The notes beneath the pieces are model-generated. The model was not told where the DNA came from. It did no database searches and was given only the letters and a program-made list of their open reading frames with translations. A stretch of 64,000 nucleotides of DNA, taken from contig NZ_CANNFH010000009.1 in NCBI RefSeq assembly GCF_947503875.1, forward strand, positions 654 through 64,653, read 5' to 3'. Origin of the DNA: an uncultured Polaribacter sp. (lineage in GTDB: Bacteria; Bacteroidota; Bacteroidia; Flavobacteriales; Flavobacteriaceae). Of this stretch, positions 38,133-46,022 are shown piece by piece. Every line of letters begins with the position of its first letter. The first letter of the stretch is position 1. A program made the position numbers and the translations under genes.

Positions 38133-38207
38133 ATAAATGTTAGTTTAACCTATTTACGAGGTTTAGAAATAGCTGAACTAAAAGAAGAAGATATGCCTAT
38201 TGTTTGA
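38133..38207 (+). pseudogene. Integrase 3' tail, copy 2 (displaced; encodes INVSLTYLRGLEIAELKEEDMPIV*)
   Basis: 20-bp core identical to copy 1, then 12 differences: 10 synonymous, 1 F/V and 1 stop-to-stop. Confidence 0.93.
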
Positions 38208-38595
38208 CAAGTGTAACGTTAACATTATTTGAACCATTAACATTTAGCCATTTTATTGAATTTTCAGATACTTTTTCAAATTCATAACGATATTCACTAC
38301 CTGCAATAGTAGTAATTGTTAAATATCTTGTATTAGATATTTCTTCATATACATTAAAATCAGTTACTTGACTATAAGTTTGCTCGTAGCAAGTGGTAAC
38401 ATTTCCAGAGGCTAAACAAAAATCACTATCTCTAAATTCAAATCCTGAAGTTACTGGAACATTTGGAATTATCCAAACTCCCTGAATCCAGCTAGGTGGA
38501 TTATAATTGTTGTCTGACATTGCACTCTCACTATCATCACTACTGGTACATGAAAATAATATAGCTAAACTAAACAATAAGATTATTTTTTTCAT
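38197..38595 (-). CDS. Hypothetical lipoprotein
   Basis: MKKIILLFSLAILFSC lipobox; its stop overlaps the displaced integrase tail. Confidence 0.8.
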   Translation of the reverse strand: MKKIILLFSLAILFSCTSSDDSESAMSDNNYNPPSWIQGVWIIPNVPVTSGFEFRDSDFCLASGNVTTCYEQTYSQVTDFNVYEEISNTRYLTITTIAGSEYRYEFEKVSENSIKWLNVNGSNNVNVTLVKQ

Positions 38596-38846
38596 AATAT
38601 TTTTTTTTCAAATATAATATTTTTATTTGAATTTGAATTTGAATAAATGTACTGTAAAACCTGAAATAGAGTATATTAAATTAACAATTATAGCTATATA
38701 AATATATATAGAAGTGAAATTTTTATTTTTTAACTTTACCTAATAAAATTGTTTCTTAGTGATTCCCATAGAGGGGGACATACGCTTTTAATATGTATAT
38801 GGGGAGTTGTAAAAGGACACCCAACTTAAACTTAACACACAATAAA

Positions 38847-39383
38847 ATGAAACACCTTTTTCATAGTATATGCCTTCTTTCTGATAACAAAAGTTTTGCT
38901 TTAGAATGCTGGAATCTTACAGAGGATAACCTTTGGCTATTAGCTCATTTTGGACATTTAGAAATAATTTCTAAAAAAATAATATATTTAAAATTGCCAA
39001 GAAAATTAGAAGGCTCTATAGATAAAAGTAAAATGCATGTGCTTAGAAAAAACACAAACAATACTTTAGACCTATTAGAATATCTTACAACCAGAAAAAT
39101 TTATATTTATAGCATAGAGATTGAATTTAAAAATAAAACTAGAATAAAGCTTTCTAGCAATTTGTATTTTAATATAAATACAAACACTATAGAGGAAAGA
39201 AATAGATTAATAGACTTGTTTATGATTGTTTCTGGAATACCAAAGTTTGATATAAATATTTTAAAACCAAATTACCACTATTATTTAGAATATAAAGTAG
39301 CCCCTATAGAAAATGGTTTAGCTATGCCAAATGAGTTTTGGAGCCAAGAAAATAGAGTAGCTTGGTCAAAAGTTAGTTTTTAA
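38847..39383 (+). CDS. Hypothetical protein
   Basis: Open frame of 178-196 aa with no motif recognised; ATG 38847 follows an A-rich leader. Confidence 0.55.
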   Translation: MKHLFHSICLLSDNKSFALECWNLTEDNLWLLAHFGHLEIISKKIIYLKLPRKLEGSIDKSKMHVLRKNTNNTLDLLEYLTTRKIYIYSIEIEFKNKTRIKLSSNLYFNINTNTIEERNRLIDLFMIVSGIPKFDINILKPNYHYYLEYKVAPIENGLAMPNEFWSQENRVAWSKVSF

Positions 39384-39504
39384 TTTATGGTTATAGCTAT
39401 ATACTATAATAGCCATCTTTAGTTGATGGGAGTTTTTTAGGTCTCAATAGCTTTAAGATGATAATATTAAAGATTTTGATATATTTAACTCAAAATAAAT
39501 CAAG

Positions 39505-41526
39505 ATGGATATCAAAAACGACAGTCTTATTGTATCTATAAGTAAAAGTAAATTAATAATTAAAAATACTTTCAATAATAAACCCACGAAACTAGGCCAC
39601 GTATTAAACAGTTTGCCCTCTGGGATTATTGATAAGTCTATTACAGGGCTTGGTGGTACAACTTTAGAGCTTGATTGTAAACGTAACTCTATTATAGTAG
39701 AGCCTTTAAAATTTACAGCTGAATCTAAAGCTAAGAAACCATCTTTTATTAATGAATACCAAGTTTTCTTTTTTGGAGCTACTAAAAAGAAAAAACAAGA
39801 GATAAAGGGGTTTTCTACTAAGAATTTTGAAATTAGTAGTAACACTAATGATATGTTTGACAAATACTTAGATAAGTGTAAAAAACATAAACAACCTATT
39901 AAAATTACTTGTGTTTCAGATCAGCTTGCAATTCTGCGTAACTATTTAAAAGAAACTAAAAAGAAGGATTTCAAAGGTTTTCATCTTTTATTAGATGAAA
40001 TAGATAGTATGCAAGAGCAAAGCTCATTTAGAAATGTAATGCATGATTGTATGAAAATTTACAAAGAACATCCAAAAGAAAAAAGAAGTCTATTATCAGC
40101 AACCATTTCAAAATTTCATGATCCTGACTTAAAAAATGAACCATTCATAAAAATAAAGTATGAAAATCAAGTTAAAACTCATTTAGATTTATTAGTTACA
40201 AATAATGTAGTAACAAGAACTATTAAAACTATAAGCGAATTGATAAATGGTAATGATGATAAAAAAATATTAGTTGCATACAATCATTTAAAGGGAATAG
40301 AAGATATTATTAAAGAACTAGAGAGCGCCTCTGTATCAAAAAATGACATAGCAATACTTTATAGCTCTTCTAAAAAAAAGCCAATAAATGGTTATGAGAG
40401 ATCAGAAATCATAGATACTTCATTGCCTAAAAAAATAAATTTTATCACCGCTGCATATTTTAATGGATTTGATTTACAAGATGACGCACATGTCATAATT
40501 GCAGTAGATGCAAAAGTCCGTTCACTAGCCATCAGTTCTAAGACAGTTTATCAAATATGTGGTAGATTGAGAAAAGGAGCAGCTTCTATTAAAGTAATTG
40601 GGAGATTTAAAAGTATCCCATACACTACGTATGGTTTTAGTGATTTAAAAAAAGCTTTTCCTATTTTAGAGAGATTTATTTGTGTTAGTCAGGAAGCTAA
40701 AAATTCTGAAATTTCATATTTGCAAGATTTTGGTCAAGTATTATCTAAATGGATATTAAATAAAAATGATAAATATGAATCAATAATAGCCGAAAGTGAT
40801 ACAGGTTTAGAAATTAGTTATATAAAAATAGATAATGTTTTAGTTAAAAAAGAAACATATATTTCACTTGAATCATTCCAAAAATATAGAAATGCATTGA
40901 ACACAAATTTTATAATTGATAAAATAGAAAATTATAAAGATGAACCTGAGAAAGAGGAGGCTGAAACTACTTATCAAATTTTAGAGCTAGTTAAAGAGCT
41001 AAGTTCAAATAGAATCATAAAGGAAATAAAAGATAACACAAGTTATAGTGGTAAAATTGCTAAACAAACCATACGTACTTATGAGCTAGCAAAAGGTTGT
41101 AATATTTTAATTGAAAAAAAAGTGCTAGTAAAAATTAGGAAGATATTAACAATGAATAATTGGGAGAAAGAGCTGAAGTATCTTAATTATCATGTTGAGT
41201 TTCACAATTTCATCACAGCTGACAATAATCTTACATACAACAATCAGCTTTCTATTTATTTCAAATCACCAAAAAAACTCACCATAGCTGAGTTTAATAA
41301 GAAAATTAAGAATATTGTTAGACACCTAAAGGAAGTTACCAAAAAAGAGAATAAGAGCATAGTAAAAGCTGTGAAAAATGTATCTGGTTCTTCAAATTTC
41401 ACCAAGTCTCTCTTAAAGGTAAGTGACACAAAAGATAAGAATATAAGATATAGAAAAGTGAATAGTTTTAATCTATTTGGCATAATTGATCTAAAAAAAA
41501 GCAGTATTCTTAAATTTAGAAAATAA
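39505..41526 (+). CDS. SF2 helicase-like protein (origin-binding/UL9-like), candidate replication protein
   Basis: Degenerate motif I TGLGGTT, LLLDEIDS (II), LLSAT (III), ITAAYFNGFDL (V), QICGRLR (VI), and a basic C-terminus. Confidence 0.65.
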   Translation: MDIKNDSLIVSISKSKLIIKNTFNNKPTKLGHVLNSLPSGIIDKSITGLGGTTLELDCKRNSIIVEPLKFTAESKAKKPSFINEYQVFFFGATKKKKQEIKGFSTKNFEISSNTNDMFDKYLDKCKKHKQPIKITCVSDQLAILRNYLKETKKKDFKGFHLLLDEIDSMQEQSSFRNVMHDCMKIYKEHPKEKRSLLSATISKFHDPDLKNEPFIKIKYENQVKTHLDLLVTNNVVTRTIKTISELINGNDDKKILVAYNHLKGIEDIIKELESASVSKNDIAILYSSSKKKPINGYERSEIIDTSLPKKINFITAAYFNGFDLQDDAHVIIAVDAKVRSLAISSKTVYQICGRLRKGAASIKVIGRFKSIPYTTYGFSDLKKAFPILERFICVSQEAKNSEISYLQDFGQVLSKWILNKNDKYESIIAESDTGLEISYIKIDNVLVKKETYISLESFQKYRNALNTNFIIDKIENYKDEPEKEEAETTYQILELVKELSSNRIIKEIKDNTSYSGKIAKQTIRTYELAKGCNILIEKKVLVKIRKILTMNNWEKELKYLNYHVEFHNFITADNNLTYNNQLSIYFKSPKKLTIAEFNKKIKNIVRHLKEVTKKENKSIVKAVKNVSGSSNFTKSLLKVSDTKDKNIRYRKVNSFNLFGIIDLKKSSILKFRK

Positions 41527-41608
41527 AATTTATTTAGCTAATCACACTTTAAAAACAAACACCTAAACTCCTTAAATACAGTTTTTTATAATTATATTAA
41601 TAAAATAT

Positions 41609-41664
41609 CTGGTACAAAAAATAAATAAATTTACTAATAAATAATGTTGTCTTATTTGTACCAG
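41609..41664. repeat. 10-bp perfect inverted repeat with AT-rich spacer
   Basis: ctggtacaaa (41609-41618) and tttgtaccag (41655-41664). Confidence 0.6.
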
Positions 41665-41939
41665 CCATGGTAGTATCACAGGAGGAATAAATGAACTATG
41701 AGTATTGATATCTATCTATTTTTTTATGGCTTTAGTTATTAAATCGTAACCAAGAACATTCACTAAACATCAAAAAAATATTTTTATTTTATTTAAACAA
41801 TAATTATAATTAGATTTTAACAATATTTGATTGACAATGTAACCTTCAAAAAAACTGAAAAATAAATAAATAAATAAAACCAACCTTCCAATTAAGAAAG
41901 ATTGGTTAAATATCAAATTAATTCACTAATTATATCGGG

Positions 41940-42284
41940 TTAATCTTTAATACAACGAACAGAACTTCCTCTTGCTCTTACGTCAAAACCAGAGTTATTA
42001 ATATTAACATTAGTACTGGTAAAATCTAAACTATTTGCTCCATTATCACTTGGCGAGCTACTCCAATAAATGCCTATAATACCAACATTGCTTTCTGTAT
42101 AGACATAATCATTACGGCTACCTCTCATTGTTAATTTAAGAGGAGATGCATAAGCACCAGCCGCATCATTACTACTCCAACTTTGGTATTCTTCTGTCCA
42201 TTCAGCAATTGTAGGCAAACGATAACCTTGTGGGCAAGGACAATTTAGTCCATCTACACCTTGCCATAAATTATCGTTTTGAGA
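41940..42284 (-). pseudogene. 5'-truncated FISUMP-type gene fragment
   Basis: SQNDNLWQGVDGLNCPCPQGYRLPTIAEW...GIYWSSS...GSSVRCIKD*, with an in-frame stop just upstream and no signal peptide. Confidence 0.8.
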
Positions 42285-42768
42285 AATACACTATGGAAGC
42301 TGTTGAATGAGGTTCATCATTGTTTTTTAGACATATATTTTCACCTATAGACATATTTACAGATATCCAAATTAGTAATGCTAGATCTACATCTTTAATT
42401 CCTGACTCAATTAAATCTATTATTTTCTTACTATTTATGATATTGTAAAAAGGATAGCTTAGAGATATTTTACCGGTCTCAGTTTCTTTAATAAAACTGA
42501 ATTTGATATATTAAAAGTCTCCCCGGTTTCTGTATCAGCTATTTTATTTCCAGAAATATTTAATTGAGTATAATTGTATAAAACTTTGATATCCCCATAG
42601 ATTTGAATAAATATATTCATATAACTTTACAAAAATGAATAAAAGAATACAAATTTAAATTTTAACATTTTGATTACTAGCTAATTATTATTATATTCTT
42701 TTAATAATAGTAAATTATTTTACAATTTCTATATTTGGTACAAAAGTTCTTTCAAATTTCTATTATTT

Positions 42769-45700
42769 TTATTCAATTAGCCCTTTTTCTAATACTTTTT
42801 CTATGTAGGTATGTTTATCTTCATCTTGAAAATAAACATTGGCATTATGATAATGTTCAATAGTTTCATCATCAGACCTTCTATATTGCATATTCTTGAA
42901 AGAAGTGTTAGAAATAATAAAGGAATTTAAGAAGGTTTTTTTATCGTCTAATTTAGCTTGAAACTCCTCTTTTATAGTTTTATGTAATCTTACTTTAGGG
43001 TGATTCCAAACATCTTCTAGCATATAAATTCCTTTTGGGTCTACAAAACTTAGATATTGTTTATCTCCTACAATTTGCCATAACATAAAATCAGGATAGA
43101 AATTCTTAGTTTCAGTTAGAAAACCAATACCAGTTTTGCTTTGATTTCTAAGTAGATATACTTTTTTGTCATTGAAATAACTCTTATTAGCATTATAGTA
43201 CTGCTTCAAATCATCTACAAAGTCCTTTTCTCCTTCATTTAACTGTACAGGAGAAACTTTCACAATATCCTTATATATCTTGTCATTCATATAGAGTAAA
43301 GGATAATAAAGATGGTTTCCATAGTCAAAACCTACAAAAGAGCCTCTGTTTAATTCAAAGTCTTGTTGGAGCATATCATCTTTCTTAACAAGCTCTTTAA
43401 ACTCTAAAACATTTCTAATAATATCTGTTTCATTTTCTTCAACAGAAATACTATATTCTTCTGTAAAATTAGGATGACTTTCTTCAAGAATATCAACTTC
43501 AATATGTCTTGCTAAGTATTTGTTTTTAATGCTTAAGTAAAATTTTTCAGTATAGTTTTTAAGTAGTGCAATCACTAACTCTTCCCATATAAATACTCTA
43601 TTAAAACTTGATGGCTCTAAGTCTGATGTTGGTATTGAAATCTGATACCAAGTATCATCATTCATTATTTCCTGAAGGTTTTCTTTTGTGACTGATAAGT
43701 TATACCAACTTCTTTCATTTTTATATTTCTGAATTTCAAAAAAGACTTTATCCCAATCAATAAAGGCTAAATTATGAGGCTTTAACGTTAATCCTACATC
43801 TTTACCATCTACCACATTAGTAGTTGATTGGTTACTACTAATCATTTGAATTTTTGGGTACCAATCTAACTTAATATCTAAATACCTTGAATTCTCTGTA
43901 ATTTCTAAAACTGTTATATTTTCTTTTTTGTAGTTTTCAGCTACACCTTCTTTTGTTTTGATTATTTTTAAACTATCTCTAGTTTTAGAATACCTGTTTA
44001 TAGTTGGTATTGTTATGGTTTTAAAATTACCTTCATTTGTTGGTAACCCTTCTTCTTCAAGGTATTCTTTAAACTGCTGCATATAATCAGCTTTAATACC
44101 AAATATGTTTAAGGTCTCTAGTGTAGGTATGTATTTAGGTGTTTTTTCTTTTGGTCTTTGATAATCATCTAATCTAGAACTACGTTTTAAACTCATGTTA
44201 AAACCTTTTAAACGTACACCTCTACCAAATAATTGAATTATCTGACTTCCTTCTCCTTTACCAATATTCATCAATCCCATGGTGCTTACTCTCCATGAAG
44301 ACCAACCTTCAGTAAATTTTTTAGAACCAATTAATAAATTTATGTTACTATCTTTTTCATTGATATTATGAAATAGACTTTTTGAAAATTCTTTCTCCAT
44401 ACCCAATATACCAACTGCCATACATAGTTTATGAAGTTTAGCTTCATCCCCTACATTTATAACACCAAAATATTGGTCTGTATCTCCAATTCTTAAACCA
44501 AGTTCTCCATCTGCACCTTTTAGGTTGTCTAGGTGTACATTGGCACCAACAAGACTTGTGTTAAATACTTTTTGAAGTATATCAGTATAAAGTAAATCTG
44601 ATTCAATTTTATTTTCCTTTAGGTAATCAAAAGAATTTGAAAATATAGATGCTCCATTCTCATCATTTAAACCTGCATTACCAGTTAAAATTTGATTGAT
44701 ATGATTTTTAGAATTACTTGGGTCTTTTATAAAATCTGAAATGAATTTAACAATGGTAATTACATCAGATAGCTCTAACTTCTTTTTGTTTCCAAACTCA
44801 TCTGTTATGGTCTTGCTACTTACAGAGTTCACTTTTCCTCCAACAAATATCCATAATGGTTTTGCTAGTTTGTAAACATCCATTTTAGATGAATTTTGAT
44901 TGTATACTAACTGTTGCTGGTAATAACCAAGTAAACACGCTGTTAAATACTTTCTTAAATACTCGTCATTAGTATCATCCTTTATGTTTAGAATCTTATA
45001 ATCTTTACCATATCCATCTTTATAAAAATACTTGTAGCTATAATCAAATAGAATAGCCTTACTGTACTCTTTAAATAAGATTTCTTTTTTCTTTCCTGAA
45101 GCTGCACTTATGGCTTGACCAAATGTTGCAGAATACTCAAAAGCAAAACCGTTTTCACTTAATAGGTCTCTTCTTTTTTTCCATTCATCACCACTAGCTC
45201 CTCTATGTCCTTCATCAACAAGAACAAGGTTGTTTTTTTCAAAAGCGTCTACAGCTACAGTTTTATCTCCACTATCTTCTGCTAGTTTACTTATTTCTAT
45301 AATCTCAACCATTTCCCCAGAAAATAAAGCTCCTGAAGACTTGCTAAATATTTCTGCTTTTATGTTAGAGGCTGCAAACTCATTTAAATGCTGATTAGAT
45401 AAACCTTCATTAGGCGTAACCAATAATACTTTGTTAAAGTCTTTTTTGCCATACTTTTTAGCATAGTGCAAATACTGTTTAATGTTTACATGAAGTAACA
45501 ATGTTTTACCACTTCCTGTAGCAGACCAAATTGCTATTTTACTTAATTCATCTACAGTAAAATAGTCTGATACATAATTATACTCATTAGGGACACTATT
45601 GTCTAAAGGGTCATTAAAAGCATCTACAAACTGATTTAACTCTGCCAATAATAAGTTAGGATTAGCAAAATATTTATCGAGATAAATTTCTATAAACAGT

Positions 45701-46005
45701 AGTGTTATGTATTGGAAATATTTCCATTTAAAAACGCCTTCTCTATATTCTGAAATTGCTAATGTATGACTTACAATATTTTGGTCATACGCAAATAGTA
45801 AGTCTTTGTTTAGTTTTTCGCTATTTAATAATCTCATTTTTAAAGCATGATGAAACTTAGTAACATTGTTTTCATCATACCCTTCTAAATGAGAATCTTT
45901 AAGGTATTGTGCCATACCTTCAAAATCTGAACATCCAAATAAGCTTAGCAAGTATCTGTTTAATACCAAACCTTGACTCAGCTTTATTATTTTCTTTTTA
46001 GCCAT
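42769..46005 (-). CDS. Type III restriction-like Res subunit (SF2 helicase plus C-terminal PD-(D/E)xK nuclease)
   Basis: ATGSGKT, VDEGH, YSATF, FTEGW and QLFGRGVRL motifs; C-terminal FYPDF...FVDPKG. Confidence 0.88.
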   Translation of the reverse strand: MAKKKIIKLSQGLVLNRYLLSLFGCSDFEGMAQYLKDSHLEGYDENNVTKFHHALKMRLLNSEKLNKDLLFAYDQNIVSHTLAISEYREGVFKWKYFQYITLLFIEIYLDKYFANPNLLLAELNQFVDAFNDPLDNSVPNEYNYVSDYFTVDELSKIAIWSATGSGKTLLLHVNIKQYLHYAKKYGKKDFNKVLLVTPNEGLSNQHLNEFAASNIKAEIFSKSSGALFSGEMVEIIEISKLAEDSGDKTVAVDAFEKNNLVLVDEGHRGASGDEWKKRRDLLSENGFAFEYSATFGQAISAASGKKKEILFKEYSKAILFDYSYKYFYKDGYGKDYKILNIKDDTNDEYLRKYLTACLLGYYQQQLVYNQNSSKMDVYKLAKPLWIFVGGKVNSVSSKTITDEFGNKKKLELSDVITIVKFISDFIKDPSNSKNHINQILTGNAGLNDENGASIFSNSFDYLKENKIESDLLYTDILQKVFNTSLVGANVHLDNLKGADGELGLRIGDTDQYFGVINVGDEAKLHKLCMAVGILGMEKEFSKSLFHNINEKDSNINLLIGSKKFTEGWSSWRVSTMGLMNIGKGEGSQIIQLFGRGVRLKGFNMSLKRSSRLDDYQRPKEKTPKYIPTLETLNIFGIKADYMQQFKEYLEEEGLPTNEGNFKTITIPTINRYSKTRDSLKIIKTKEGVAENYKKENITVLEITENSRYLDIKLDWYPKIQMISSNQSTTNVVDGKDVGLTLKPHNLAFIDWDKVFFEIQKYKNERSWYNLSVTKENLQEIMNDDTWYQISIPTSDLEPSSFNRVFIWEELVIALLKNYTEKFYLSIKNKYLARHIEVDILEESHPNFTEEYSISVEENETDIIRNVLEFKELVKKDDMLQQDFELNRGSFVGFDYGNHLYYPLLYMNDKIYKDIVKVSPVQLNEGEKDFVDDLKQYYNANKSYFNDKKVYLLRNQSKTGIGFLTETKNFYPDFMLWQIVGDKQYLSFVDPKGIYMLEDVWNHPKVRLHKTIKEEFQAKLDDKKTFLNSFIISNTSFKNMQYRRSDDETIEHYHNANVYFQDEDKHTYIEKVLEKGLIE

Positions 46006-46022
46006 GTTATTGTTTGGTTATA

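Noticed and set aside
35563-38207. Classical integron (IntI/attC)
   Set aside because: No attC-like long palindromes with RYYYAAC/GTTRRRY boxes, no IntI-specific insertion recognised, and the site lies inside the 3' end of the integrase rather than upstream of it.
38759-38790. gtgattcccatag... as another tRNA-derived att scar
   Set aside because: Only a few bases resemble a tRNA 3' end and it does not match the tRNAs in this window.
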